Shown in pieces: positions 1 through 15,252 of a stretch of DNA of 64,000 nucleotides. Every line of letters starts with the position of its first letter. Positions within the stretch are counted from its first letter, which is position 1. The DNA is from Eledone cirrhosa (Eukaryota). The notes below the pieces were generated by a model. That model saw only the letters and a list, made by a program, of their open reading frames with translations. It made no database searches and was not told where the DNA came from. Location: positions 112,964,001 through 113,028,000 of the forward strand of contig OZ024743.1 in assembly GCA_964016885.1 (NCBI GenBank), written 5' to 3'. The position numbers were made by a program, and so were the translations under genes.

Positions 1-649
1 AGGTCGATAAAAAAAGTACCAGTCCAGTACCACGGTCACAACCTCCTCTCTCTCTCTCTCTCTCTCTCTCTTCGCTTGAAGAAATCGGTTGGGTTCAAAT
101 CTGGAAAGGAAATGGGCTCCGCCAGATTTAAAGTCTCCAAAGCACGCTTTATGTCACGGTAGTGTTCTTACAATGTTCCATTCATACAAACATACATATA
201 TCCATTTGTACATAGCCATATCGACACAGAAACAAGCATAGGCATACACATATACACATACACATATACACACATGCATATTATGTTATTATTTTACTCT
301 TTTACAGTTTTTAGTCATTGAACTCAAGCCATGCTGGAGCATCTCGAAGGCTTAGTTAACCATATATTTTTCAGTATATCATATTACAAACTGATGTTTG
401 TCATCGAATTCTATTTTTGGAGCTGCTTACTCATTATTTGTATGTTATAATTTCAACACTTTATATATCAATAAATGTATAGTTACATGACTTGATTGAT
501 CGATTAATAGATAGATTAGTTAGATAGATGGATACGTATATAGATTAAATGTAATGAAACCTAAAAAGACTATCTCTTTCTTTCTCTTTTTCTTATATGC
601 AAACGTGTGTTGTCTCCATCTCCATTTCTCTCCATATCTCTCTCCATCT

Positions 650-1510
<861 letters not shown>

Positions 1511-1796
1511 TTTAGAAGGAACAAGGAGCAGTGGTTACTTGATAAAGTGTATTTATAAATAAAAGGAAAGTATAAACAAGGGACAGGACCCCTCTTCAGT
1601 TGTTTGCTCGAGTTCTCGGACATTTCAACGCATTAAAGACAATCTGTCTATCTCCAGTGCGTCAATAACTTGTGTAAGTTATAAGGAAAAAAGGAGAGAG
1701 AAAAAATAAATTAAAGAAGGGAAAAAGAAAGAGAAAAAAAACGCAGAGAACATACCGATGGGGGGGGGGCACGAGGAGAAGCACATGTATGTAAGT

Positions 1797-1845
<49 letters not shown>

Positions 1846-1967
1846 CAAACCGACGGCTGAACATAAGTCCGAGGCCTTATTGACAGTGAGATAGGGAGAG
1901 CAGATTGTGGGAAATTCACGGAGTCAGAAATATTAATATTTAATATTTCATTTAATAATTATTATTA

Positions 1968-3148
1968 TTGTCCTCTCTCGTCCTTGTTGTACGTATTGAC
2001 TCTTGAGCCATTACTGCACAAACTGGAGACGTTGAGGGGGATCCCACGTGAACTAGGATGCGGAAGAACAGTGTCATCTTATGCAGACGACATCACCGTA
2101 GTGGTGTCAAACACCAAACACATCGAAGCAATCGGCACCACACTAAGAGAATACGAGGTAGTGACAGGAGCAATGATCAGGTGTGGTCGCCCTTTGCTAG
2201 ACACATGTTTCCCCAGCTTGTCTCCTTGGCGAAGCTGCAGTCCTGGGTCAAACGAAGACCGAGAGGAAGCGCTTGGAGACTAGAATGTCTTCAGGCACTT
2301 ACAGCCCTCGACCAGTCGAGCAATACAATCGCTGGAAACTCCACCTTGGCTTTCTATAAAGGATTAGTGGAAGGAAAGAGCAACGACGTCATTGGAGAGA
2401 AACTAGGCGTCGACGAAAATCAACTAGCCAATCTCTTCGGGAGAACTTCCGGGCCGGGGCCCATGGACAACTTCCAGAAATCCCTGGCCTGGCAGTGCTA
2501 CCGAGGAGCCTTGCCAGTTCGCGATAGACTCTACAGGTATAGAAGTGCCGTCAGCCGAGCCTGTCCGAGATGCGCACAGGGCGATGAAACCGTCCTGCAC
2601 GCACTCGTCCAGTGTCCGAGCATTGCTGATTTGTGGGTTTATGCCGAACACCTGCTGTCACGTGTATAAAGGGTCCGGCTATCAGCTGAGTCTATCGTGA
2701 AGATTGCCCCGCCACCTGCCTTTAACTGAGAAGGGTAGACAGTTTTTATCTGCCTGGTGGCCACGGTAAAAGAGATTCTATGGTGGACACGTCTGAAAGG
2801 GTTGAAGACCGGTACTTTCCTCTTCGGTGACGCCCTCATTAACTTTTTCAGGTTTCACCTGAAGAGGAAAATCAGGGTGGAGAGGGAAGTGCTGACCTCC
2901 AGCCAGTTTGTTGAAAGGTGGGTGAGAGAGGCAAGAATGGCGCGTATGAATGGGTCAACCCTGAGCGTGTGTCTGTAGCATTGAGGGAGGAAAACTGGAA
3001 GAGGGCATTTGCCCTAGCGGTCAGGTTAACCGTGGCTTTTCTTGTGGGCTTTCTCCACGAGGAACCCTCGGAGGTCTTGTGTTGTCCTTACTGTTATAAT
3101 TTGTGCCAACCCTTGTGGTTAATAAAGAAAGCATTATTATTATTATTA
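1968..3148 (+). mobile_element. Tx1/L1-clade non-LTR retrotransposon, 5'-truncated and internally deleted (RT remnant plus C-terminal zinc knuckle)
   Basis: Translation gives LYVLTLEPLL...YADDITV (RT motifs) and AWQCYRGALPVRDRL...CPRCAQGDETVLHALVQC (zf-RVT-type CCHC). It has stops and frameshifts, and ends in AATAAA followed by (ATT)n. Confidence 0.85.
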
Positions 3149-3149
3149 A

Positions 3150-3264
3150 TTCTGACACGTGTTTCGATACAGTAAAAAAGTTTACCCAATGAAGTCTGAA
3201 TTGTTATGCAATGGATTGCTTGATATTGTGACAGAAGATATAATTGCTGCACCTCTTCAGAGAA
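3150..3264 (-). ncRNA. Candidate type I hammerhead ribozyme with a long loop in stem II
   Basis: Minus strand reads UUCU-CUGAAGA-GGUGCAG...CUGUAUC-GAA-ACACGUGU-C-AGAA. Stem I is 4 bp, stem II 7 bp, stem III is palindromic and the triplet is GUC. Confidence 0.65.
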
Positions 3265-3682
3265 AAAACGAGTATGAGTGTGTGTGTTTCAAAGAAGGGG
3301 GGGGGGGCTGATCAATTAAGTAGTATCAATAGAAGTTGAACAATCAGTGTTTGAGGGTTGCAGATATTACAGATACTGACAGTAATTCTTTCGATGCGGT
3401 ACGTTCATTTTACTTTAATTTTATGGAGTGGCTATGGGCATCCATCTATAACTGCAGTAGTATTTGAATTATAAAAAAGAGAAAATTATCTTCCAAATTA
3501 TTGTTTCCTTGAATCAGAGTTCAAACCATACATAGGTGATATGTAGTCTGTGTGGGACTCCATAGGCTCAACCGCCTTATCGGATATATTGATAGTAATT
3601 ATTGTCATTTGCGCCGGGATGCACACATTTAAAATTTTCTAATGTATCTAAAGTCACCTGTTTTGTTTATTTTTCTATATAC

Positions 3683-3734
<52 letters not shown>

Positions 3735-3738
<4 letters not shown>

Positions 3739-4149
3739 GGGAAACAGAAATAACAACACAATCGGTACAGTATATGGAAGGAATATATTAGGTTAACGCT
3801 TGATATAGCAGGAAGAGGGTCTTAACGTTTCTGACGCTAGTCCTTCATCAGAAGAAAGAATGAGAAATAAGATAGATTGAGGGGAGGGCGGGTTGGAATT
3901 GGAAAAAAATGTCTTTCGATAAAAATAACAGGTTCATTCATGTTGACATCTCTTGCAAAACTGTTGGTGCTGGCCTTTTGTGTATGGGTTGTGGCGGAGC
4001 TTATACTGAAGAATGCGACCGATTGAACACGGATTTCGAGACTCGAAAGGGGTAGTAACTTAATCACTACCATGCTAGTCGATCTCCATTGACCAATCGA
4101 CCGATTGGTCGGTGGAGATTGACTAGCTTGGTAGTTGTTAAGTTACTAC

Positions 4150-4151
<2 letters not shown>
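3735..4151 (-). mobile_element. Penelope-like 3' end (pseudo-LTR) remnant with a minimal HHR and a terminal fold-back
   Basis: HHR at 3820-3855(-): UCUU-CUGAUGA-A-GGAC-UAGC-GUCA-GAA-ACGU-U-AAGA, with one stem II mismatch. Imperfect ~100-bp palindrome at 4051-4151. Microsatellites on both sides. A related tail fragment lies at ~57770-57838. Confidence 0.6.
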
Positions 4152-4222
<71 letters not shown>

Positions 4223-4365
4223 GATATAGATATATAGATATAGATATATATAGAGAGAGAATTAGATATAGATAAATATGTGTGCATAAATGTATACAGA
4301 TATCTATGTACACATATGTATATGTATATATATATATATATATGTATATCTCCATATACATATAC

Positions 4366-4399
<34 letters not shown>

Positions 4400-4548
4400 G
4401 ACAATTTGAAACGACAGTTGTGTCTGTATATATGTGTATATATATATATATATGCAGAGAGGAGGGAGAGAGAGAGAGATTAAATATAGATAAATATGTG
4501 TGCATAAATGTATAGAGATATCTATGTACACATATGTATATGTATATA

Positions 4549-4631
<83 letters not shown>

Positions 4632-4661
4632 CAACTTGAAACGACAGTCGTGTCTGTATAT

Positions 4662-4695
<34 letters not shown>

Positions 4696-5146
4696 AGAGA
4701 GAGAGGTGCATGTAGATATATGTGTGTTTGTGTCCATCTCATTCGCTGTCTGTCTACCACTTTCTCTCAACCGTCCTCACTTTTCCTTTCCCTTTCTTTC
4801 GCCATCTCTCCCATTAGGCCACATCATTTAATCTTGATACTAATTAACTTAACTTAACAGTTTTGCCTAGATCATCACTCCATCATCATCACCACCACCA
4901 CCACCACCACCACCACCACCACCACAACCATTTTGACATTAAATCCTATCCCACCGTGCCCAACTCCCCACAAATCTTCACACGTACACTCCCATGCCCA
5001 GCTACTATAGCTAAATGATCTATATGACATGTCTAATAATGCTGCATGTAACTAGCGAAGGAGCTAGTTTTATTGACCATCACTCGATTTACATAAATCC
5101 CAAGGTAGCTACAACTGCAGCTGATGATTCTGCAACCAGAAATATT

Positions 5147-5198
<52 letters not shown>

Positions 5199-5492
5199 TA
5201 TTGTTACTAATATTAAAATGATAATACTAATAATAATAATCGTGATGATGGTGATAATAATGATTCTCATAATAATATCATGATGGTGGTGATAATAAAA
5301 ATGTCTTTAATTGACACAAGGGTGACGAATGAGAAGAAATTAACAACAGAAATGTGTATGATAAAAAAAAAAACATGAAAAATATCAATATTAACGTATA
5401 GATGATATTAAAATCGTTCCAATGGAGGGAGTGGGCACACCTTTGAGTCAATTAAGAAACCTCGCATAAATAATGATAATAATGATAATAAC

Positions 5493-5599
<107 letters not shown>

Positions 5600-5655
5600 T
5601 AGTTTCTGACTTAGGCACTAAGCCAGCAACTTGCGGGGAGGGAAAATCGGTGTGC

Positions 5656-5816
<161 letters not shown>

Positions 5817-6575
5817 AGTTAATGTGCGCTTGGATGTGTTACATATAAACAGGTTTAACGAAAATTAAAGGGGGGTAACAATACAATAGTATTCCTCAAT
5901 AGGAAGGAGAATTCCGCTGGCTACAGGTGGAAAAAGTAACCATACAACCACTGTTGACCCGACTGCTAGGGCAACTGCCTCCTCTAGCTCCGAATTGTGG
6001 GCGTATATTCAGAGCAAACTCGTTCACTCTTATCCATTTTTCAACAAAATGGTTGGAAGGCAAATCTTCCCTCGCCACTCAGATTTTCCTCTTCAAGTGA
6101 AACTTGAAAGAGTTAATCAGGGATTGTCCAAAGAGGAAAGTGTTTCTATTCAGTTTCTTCAATCGCGTCTACCATACAACCTCTTTAGCCATGGCCACCC
6201 GACATATAAAAGTTCCTACCCTTTCCAGCGAATGGAAGGTGGTGAGGCGATCTTCACGATAAACTCAGTTGATAGCAGCTGTTCGACATAAACCAATAAT
6301 TCAGCTATACTCGGGCATTAGACGAGTGCATGCCGGGCAGTTTCGTCACCCTGCGCACAGCTCATGTAAACTCAGCTGATGGCATTTCCGTATCTTTAAA
6401 GTTTATCTCGAACTAGCAATGCTCCTCGATAGCACGGCCTGCTCAGAGATTTCTGGCAGTTATCCATCAGCCCTGGGCTGAAAGTGCCACGGAAGAGGGC
6501 GACTAGTTGGTCGTCTTCGACGCCCATGGTCCCCCAAGAACGCCATCACTTTCCCCCGCTACTAATCCTCTATAG

Positions 6576-8790
6576 CAGGGGTCACCAAACTACGGCCTGC
6601 GGGCCGGATCAGGCCCGCGACGTCAGTTCATCAGGCCCGCCGACGGTACTTGCATTTGCGTGATAAAACGGATGGACACGAGATGTTTCTAATTCAATGA
6701 CTTTTTCATTTTCAGATCCCGTTTTCTTCACCCTTTACTATGGCTACTAAGAAAAGAAAAGTGGACGCCGAGTGTCGCGTTTTCAATGAAGAATGGGGAG
6801 TCAAGTACTTCTTTGTGGAAACAAAGGACCAGAAAGCTAGTTGCGTGGTATGCAGAGAAAGTGTTGCCGTTTTGAAAGAGTACAATCTTCGGCGTCACTA
6901 TGAAACAAAACATCTATCAACATATTCAAAGTTTTCTGGAAAGTTACGCTCTGTGAAATATGAGTCCATGGTTTAGAAACTCAAAGAAATCTCTTCACGA
7001 GAAAGTTTGCTGAAAATGAATGTCACTCGTACAAGTTACAAAATAGTACATAAGTTGGCAGAGCGAGGAAAACCGGTTACTGATGGCAACTTCATGAAAG
7101 AGTGTATGATGGAAGCAGCAAATGACTTGTGTCCTTTCGGCAAGTTCAGTTGTGCGGAGAACAGAACTTGGAGAGAACATAGTGTTACAGATACGCGAGA
7201 AAGCTAGGAACTTGTGGTATTCTCTGGCGCTGGATGAGTCTACTGATCTCTCGAGTACGTCACAACTTCTCATGTTCATTCGTGGTGTAAATTTGGACTT
7301 TCAGATAACGGAAGAGTTGGCATCCGTTTGCTGCATGCATGGAACAACAACTGGAAAAAATATTTTCATGGAAATGCAGAAAACGTTGCAAGATTATAAC
7401 CTTCCGTGGTATCAGCTTCGAGGTGTTACAGTTGATCGAGGAAAAAACAGGGCTGGAGTGAGGAAGGGTCTGGTCGGGCAAATCAGGACCCAGTTGGAAG
7501 ATTTGCAAATTCCGGGCGCTCTGTTCATACATCAGCAAGCACTCTGTGGGAAAGACTTGGATATTTCTTGTGTACTGAAACCAGTCGTTTCTGCTGTGAA
7601 CTTCATTCGGGGACATGCACTCAATCACCGTCAGTTCCAGGCTTTTCTTGAAGAAATTGATTCTGATTTCTGTGACTTGCCTTATCACACAGCAGTGAGG
7701 TGGCTCAGCTGCGGTAAAGTCCTGTTTCGTTTTTACAAGCTCCGAAACGAAATAGATGTTTTTTCTCACTGAAAAAGATAGAGCTGATCCACAGCTATCA
7801 GATCCTACCAGGCTGTCAAAGTTGTCATTTTTGGTCGACATCACATCCCACATGAATGAACTGAACTTGAAACTTCAGGGAAAGGATAACCTCGTCTGTG
7901 ATCTCTACAGAATCAAAGGATTTCGGAGAAAGCTGTCATTGTTTGAAGCACAACTGGAAGGAGAAAACTTCTCTCATTTTCACTGTTTCAAAGAGTTTTG
8001 CGCTACAATTGCTGAAGATGTCAACCTCGATTTTCCTAAAAAGATTATTCGTGACTTGAAGAAGCATTTTTTTGAGAGATTTTCAGATCTCGACAGAATT
8101 GAGAGTGACATTCTTCTGTTCCACAATCCGTTTGATTGTAACCTTGATGATGTGCCAGTTGAACTACAGTTGGAGCTCATTGATTTGCAAGCAAATGACT
8201 TGTTGAAAGAGAAGCACAGAGAAGGAAAACTTGTTGAATTTTACCGTTTCTTACCTGATGTTGAGTTTCCGAAATTGAAGAAATTTGCCGCTGGTATGGC
8301 ATCATTGTTTGGAACAACTTATGTCTGGGAGCAAACATTTTCAAAAATGAAGTATGTGAAGTCACCACATCGAACGAGATTGACTGATGAACATTTGAAA
8401 GCAATTCTCTTGATTGGGTGCAGCAATTCCAAAGCAAACATTGATGATATCTTGAAAGTCAAACGTCAGTTTCACAAATCTCACTAACCTTTTTTGCTGC
8501 TTAGTTTGTAAGATTCGGATATGTGCACACTGGGTCTGATGTAACTATATTTTTTCTAACGTCGACTTCTTTGATAACTTTTTAGTAAATAAATATGTTG
8601 GTTGTCTTTGTTTTTTGTGCATTGCACGCCACTCACCCATGATTAACATGGAATGCTAAACGTAGTGTTTCGTCTTTTTTCCCCAGAGCTTTCGTTCTGG
8701 CTTGCAAGTATTGAACAGAATGATTATGCGGCCCACACTCGTCATTCTTTCAGTTATCCGGCTCACTGTGAAAAAGTTTGATGACCCCTG
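6576..8790 (+). mobile_element. hAT DNA transposon (SPIN/Buster/Charlie type, GTF2IRD2-like transposase), frameshifted
   Basis: TIRs CAGGGGTCACCAAACT / AGTTTGATGACCCCTG. Perfect 8-bp TSD CTCTATAG at 6568-6575 and 8791-8798. Subterminal GGCCCG repeats. Confidence 0.95.
6740..8487 (+). pseudogene. hAT transposase pseudogene (BED-like zinc finger, DDE core, hAT dimerisation domain)
   Basis: KRKVDAECRVFNEEW...CVVC...LKEYNLRRHYETKH; SLALDESTD; HTAVRWLS; FGTTYVWEQTFSKMK...RTRLTDEHL. These motifs are spread over four ORF fragments. Confidence 0.92.
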
Positions 8791-10231
8791 CTCTATAGAA
8801 TGCCAAAGTGGATTTTCTACTGATCGCAGTGCCCAACTATTAGAGGACTGTGCGAGCTTAGCATTCCAGTTTCCAAGCGCTCCCGCTCCGTCTTCGCTTG
8901 ACCCATGACTGCAGCTCTGTCAAGGAGTTGAGCTAAGTAAACACACGTCTAGCAATCGGTGAACACATGTTCGCCGTCAAGGGAGGCCTCACTGCATGTT
9001 CTGGCATCATTAGCCACGGTTTTCCCAGTCCTCCAAACAGCGGGTGTTGACAGATGAACCACGTTCTTTCCCCAAAAGAACGAAAGAATATGTGTTCCAG
9101 TGGGGCGTGGACCGTGGAAAATCACGATGGTCAGGCAGTCGAATCGATGGAAACCACATTTTAGTGTTCTGTAAATGGTTAGTGTTGGGTAAAACCGACG
9201 ACGTTCTTGGGAAAACTCTAGTTATCGACGAAAATCAACTAACTACTCTTTTCCGGGGGCCATCACCAACTTCACTACTATCAAACACGTCCACTACTAT
9301 TACCACCAACTCCATCACTAACTATACTGCCATCACCAGCAGTTCGTCAAGCGTGAGAAATGTTGGTATAAAAGATGTTTTATTTGGACTTGCGTAATCC
9401 ACTTTGGAAAACATTACCTGGTTAACTAGATATAACCGTCACGTTTGTTTCAAATTACTCTCTACCGTTACTTAAATAACCTCATTGAATAATGTTGTTC
9501 TTTATATCGTTGCTAGAGGGTCTGTGGCCATAGATCTGATGGAACAGAGCTGATCTGGGGTTATAAACCAACAAGAGAAATATTTATGTGATTTGATGTC
9601 TACACTACCATGTACTCTATCAACGCCACTACCGCAACGCCACTATACCGAAACACCACCACCACAACACCACCACCAGAACACCACCACCACAACACCA
9701 CTATCGCAACACCCCTATCACAAAACCACCACCGCAACACCACCACCACAACGCCGCCACCGCAACACCATCACCGCAACACCACCACCACAACGCCGCC
9801 ACCGCAACACCATCACCGCAACACCACTACCGCAAGACCACCACCGCAACGCCACTACCATAACTCCTGAAACAACAAAACTTCAAGAGCATGAATCTAA
9901 AACCATCAAAAACACTATCACAATCAACAGAAAACACATTGAGAACTACCAAAAATCACCAATGCCTCTACAGCACGATCAAAGCCATCATCAACACCAA
10001 CAACAACAAAAACATCTAAAATACAATAGCATAAATCTAATAGTATCACAAATTTCACCATCACAATCACCATTATGAGAAAACAAGACAGAAATTCATC
10101 ACACCACTAACACCTCTACGACATGACCTTCTCCAACATTACATTAACAGCAACAACAGTACAATACCATAAATATATCATTACTAATCCCCTCAATACA
10201 ATAATATCACAATATTCATCACTATGAATAG

Positions 10232-10264
<33 letters not shown>

Positions 10265-10350
10265 TATTATCATTATCTAACACCACTACGAAGTCATCTA
10301 AAATACCATTACTTCCATCAGCACTGTCAACAAACATACACACATACACA

Positions 10351-10470
<120 letters not shown>

Positions 10471-10770
10471 TGTGTCTGCGTGTCTATGTTTGTGTGTGGG
10501 TGAAAGCAGCGATTCTTTGCTTAAACTTTAATCTGTTATTTTAATAAATATATATATATATATATAGTATTAGTTATACTATTTATGGTTATGTAAACAC
10601 AAAACCTTAAGCAGTTGTAAGTATTTTACACACACCCTAAATAGTGGTAGGCAGTAATGTATTACTACCTTATTACCAGTAAGTTAAGTAGCTCAATGTA
10701 AAAACATCAGATGATTTACAGAGCAGTTATATGAAATATAAGAATCAAAGAACTGTTCAAAACATTATTG

Positions 10771-10817
10771 TGCTTACAGCTGTTTCCTCCAAACCGAGGT
10801 TTGGATTCTTCGGAGCA
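10771..10817 (-). ncRNA. Type I hammerhead ribozyme in the 3' pseudo-LTR (U4C core variant)
   Basis: UGCU-CCGAAGA-A-UCCAAACC-UC-GGUUUGGA-G-GAA-ACAGCUGU-A-AGCA. Palindromic stem III, GUA triplet. Confidence 0.75.
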
Positions 10818-12259
10818 ATTTATTAATGCATGGACAGTTATATGACCTCCTTTTCAGCCGAGAGACATACCAACACATATTCAAACATTGATACATATTC
10901 AAACATTGTGGGTCAACATTCATTACAGAATTTAGAGTGGCAGTACACACTTCGAGATTACATTTATATTAATAGGTACAATCAAAAATCAAAGATATAG
11001 GTTAAAGTACAACATGAAGATAAGTGGTTATATAGTGCAAATGTTATATGTGTGGCACGCATGTGCGTCTTGTTTATATAGTGTGGAAGAGAGATATGTG
11101 TGGTAGAGGCACTTAGGTAAGTAAATAAGAGTGTTAGGTTGGTAGATCTGGTGGCAAAGTCTTTATATGATTGATATAGTCTGTGTGTGGAGAAATATTA
11201 TAAGCATTAAAGATAGTGCAAGCATTAAAAGTGTTATAAGTATTGGAGATGCACAGCGCAGGGATGTCAAGTAATTCATGTACTTCGGCATTTTCATGGT
11301 CAAGGGAGTGTATATTTCGATTATATGCCTTTCACATAATCCACGACAATCCAGTTAGAGATCGTAGTCTGGTGTTCTTTAGTTCGATACAGGAGGTTGT
11401 TACGTTTCGAGAAACGCCATTGAATACCGGAAGTGTGTGTGTGGCTAAGGGGAGTTAATGCATGCGGGGAGGTAACTCTGGGGTTTCTATATCTAGCCAT
11501 TAAAATGTGTCCCAATATAGACCCTAAATTCTATGGTGAGGTGCACCTTCCAAGAGAGACTTTTAAAGCATAAAGTGTACTAACTATAGAGTAGTTTAAC
11601 TAAATTATGCTGAAGGTGATCATATTATTATTAAGGTGGATTAACCCATCTTAAGGTGCTACAAATGGAAATTATAGATGATGAGCGAGGATTCTAAATT
11701 AATGATCTCTGTGGTTGTAGTCTGCTCATATGACCAGGCGCGGTGATTGCAGGATTGCTTCAGGACCCAATGATCTCTGGTAAGATCTGGGTCATCGCTT
11801 GCTACATTGGATGTCGAAAGATAATCGTCCCCAGGCAGGCCAAAGGTCAATCCGCAGTCCTCGCGACCCCTCTCTGACCGTCAGATCATCCATATACGTA
11901 CAACCCGCACGGCAGTTGCATTGCATTCACTCACTGCGCTCAGCAGCCCGGTCCTACTGGTCAACAGCGCTACTCGATTAAATCATTTTACATCTGTCTA
12001 AGGAAGGTGTTTCCTCTGCCCAACACCATCCAACCGATCGTTCATGCTCAAATTACCCTTAGAGCGGTGTAGTGCCGTCCAAGTGGGTGGATGTTGTCAC
12101 ACCTGCCGTAGAGGTATAAATGGGTATTTTCCCTGCGAAGGGTTCCAGAGGGATGTCGTTGTTTGTGTTATAATGGATCAGCTAGTGTTGGGTATGTAGT
12201 ATAGGGTGTGTCTCTGGTGTTTGATGCTAGATGTGGTGTTAGGTTCCAGTCCGACATTG

Positions 12260-14410
12260 CTATATATAGGGCTTAAAGTTTTGGAAGGAATGTCTGAGGC
12301 GGTGCTGGCAAGTTGCAAACACCTCAGATTTTTTGTTAAGTAGGTTACGGTTGGAGAAGATAATATTGTGTGTCTCTAGTATACAGAGGTTACAGAATTT
12401 ATTAGGCGCTATCACTTCCCATTTGAGTGTGTATGGTTTATTTTTAGATTTTAGATAGTGTATGTAGCTAGAAAGTGAGGTGGAGTTGGCTAGGCTGTGC
12501 TTTTTGAACGAGTGGATGTGCGAGTTATATCTGATTTTGAAGCAGTTAGAAGTGGAGCCTACATAGGTTTCTGAAGAGTTATTAGTCGTGACTGTGCATG
12601 AGTATATGACATCCTTGGTTAGGCATTTTTTATCTAAAGGGCAGGTTCTATTAGCTCTACAGTTACAATTATTCTGTGCGTTAGTCCGCTGGTTATAATG
12701 CAATGCGGAAGTCTGTGTGGTGGATATAGGATTTTGGGTGTTCGGGTTGACAACCCTGGTGTTATTACTTATACTAGTGTTATTTCTATTGTTACTGCCG
12801 TTGCTATTGTTGCTTGCTACAGTGGTATTTAGAGGGTTTGCATCCCGTTGTGATTTTGTTTGTTGGAAGTAAGAACTAATTTTACTATTATTGCTGCTAG
12901 CTATGTGGTATGCTAAGTTAGGCGTCGTAGAGTATGAGATTTTAATGGTGTTTTTGTTTAAGAGGTTGTGGTACTTGTGTCCTAGAGGGAAGTTTTTATC
13001 TAGTAGTGAGAAGAAAGCCCTAGGTATGTTGGTGGAGACATTTAGGTTGAAAGGAGGGTTGAAAAATGTATTATTTCTTCTTCTATTTTTGCTTTTAGTG
13101 TTTGGTGTGTTGCTTCCTCCTAAGGCCTCACAGTAGTTTCCATGGTAATGGTTACTTCCGGTGGCACCCTCCGCTTTGGTGTACTTGTGGTTGCTATTCC
13201 TATTATTAGATTTCCTCATGGACATGTTGTGCGAGATGATGTTGTAGCTATGTGTTTTCTTAGGTAGGAACTCAATTTCTATATTATGGCCGGAGCTAGC
13301 TAATGCTTGATTGTAATATTGTGAGTTTTTGCTAAATATGTTTGCGTCATAGGACAGACTAGAGATTCTATTGGACACCCCCTTAGAGATAGAGTTTAAT
13401 ATTGATCTAGGGTGATTAGACTTGGTATCTACGTAAATAAGTTTCTCATTAGGCTTATGGAAAGGTGTATATATTTTTGAGTCTAGGTATAGTGTGGCGT
13501 CTAGGAAGTTAACATTTTTAGTGTTTTTGTCCATGGTGATACTAAGGTTAAAGTTTTTGAATGTCTTATGCAGTTGTTTTCTAGTTCTTTCTATATTAAA
13601 TTTTTTATATTCTATGAGTAGAAGTGCATCATCGCGGTACAAACCACCGTTGAGGTAAGGGAGGTCTTTATGGATTTCATTGAGGAGGTATAGGCCGACC
13701 AAATCAGTGACCTGCGCCGAGTCACTAGATCCCATGGTTATGTCGAAGTTGTTGTGCGTATCCTTGCGTGTCCATAGTTGGTCCTCGAAGGTGATTATGG
13801 TTTTACGGGCCGCAAGGATGACATCAACCTGGGCTCTAGTCAGGTCGCTATTGGTCATGGCCATGATAAGTGCCTTATTTAATAGGATAGGGGAAATAGA
13901 GGTGTAGTATGAATTGATATCAAATTGAATAAATTTTTTGTTCTTATTATTCTTGATATCCTTAAACCATTCAATTACTTCACCCGTATTTCCCCATTGT
14001 TTAAGGTGTATCTTGTGTTTAATTTGTGGGATGATTTTATCCAAAATCTTCTTGCTGATAATACCAATGTCGGACTTGGAAGGGCAGATAAGTCTTATCG
14101 TGGGGTTGCTGATGAAGTTCTCCTTATGGTCCTTCAGAGAGAATCTAGGGGGGGTTCGGAGTGAAAGGTTGTGTATGCCTCTGTAGTCCTAGTTTAGACA
14201 CTATATTATAACCCTCTACATTAATATCTTCTAAGTTTTTCAAGGTGGTTTTTTTTGTAGCTTTTATGTAGTTCATTATATATAAACTTTCTATAAGTAA
14301 TATAATCTAGGCTGTATATGTTATTAGTTTTATCTGCGTGTACAATAATTTTATTACTAGTTTTGAATCCACTAATAGAAGTGTTAAGTTTGTTTAAGAA
14401 GGTGTTGCTT
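12260..14410 (-). CDS. PLE reverse transcriptase plus GIY-YIG endonuclease (N-terminally truncated, one frameshift near 14250)
   Basis: IVHADKTNN; QFDINSYY; FDITMGSSDSAQV; LYRDD; VNFLD; SNHP; FFNPPF; CNCRANRTCPLDKKCL; VIY...YVGST...FKIRYNSH; CNLCILE...LLNKKSE...CQHR. At least 594 codons are uninterrupted. Confidence 0.93.
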
Positions 14411-14839
14411 CTAATACTTATAACACTTTTAATGCTTGCACTATCTTTAATGCTTATAATATTTCTCCACACACAGACTATATCAATCATATAAAGACTT
14501 TGCCACCAGATCTACCAACCTAACACTCTTATTTACTTACCTAAGTGCCTCTACCACACATATCTCTCTTCCACACTATATAAACAAGACGCACATGCGT
14601 GCCACACATATAACATTTGCACTATATAACCACTTATCTTCATGTTGTACTTTAACCTATATCTTTGATTTTTGATTGTACCTATTAATATAAATGTAAT
14701 CTCGAAGTGTGTACTGCCACTCTAAATTCTGTAATGAATGTTGACCCACAATGTTTGAATATGTATCAATGTTTGAATATGTGTTGGTATGTCTCTCGGC
14801 TGAAAAGGAGGTCATATAACTGTCCATGCATTAATAAAT

Positions 14840-14886
14840 TGCTCCGAAGAATCCAAACCTCGGTTTGGAGGAAACAGCTGTAAGCA
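14840..14886 (+). ncRNA. The same hammerhead ribozyme in the inverted pseudo-LTR
   Basis: Exact reverse complement of 10771-10817. Confidence 0.75.
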
Positions 14887-14926
14887 CAATAATGTTTTGA
14901 ACAGTTCTTTGATTCTTATATTTCAT

Positions 14927-15089
<163 letters not shown>

Positions 15090-15129
15090 GTGTGTGTGTG
15101 TATGTGTGTATAATATGTGTATGTATATA

Positions 15130-15252
15130 GGTGAAGGCGTGTAGCTGAGTGGTTAGAGAATTGGATTCACAATGTTGAGTTTGTGAGTTCGATTCCTGGA
15201 CCGGGCGATGCGTTATGTCCTTGAGCAAGACACTTTATTTCACATTGCTCCT
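15130..15252 (+). mobile_element. tRNA-derived SINE head with a CORE-like segment
   Basis: A box TAGCTGAGTGG, B box GTTCGATTCC, then TGTCCTTGAGCAAGACACTT. Confidence 0.7.

Larger units (their letters stand above)
5895..9080 (-). mobile_element. Second, degenerate Tx1/L1-like copy, split by the hAT insertion (pieces ~5895-6575 and ~8799-9080)
   Basis: The reverse complement follows the 2180-3050 segment in order (e.g. ggcgtcgaagacgaccaactag, cagaaatctctg, gcacagggtgacgaaac) and resumes after the hAT TSD. Confidence 0.75.
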
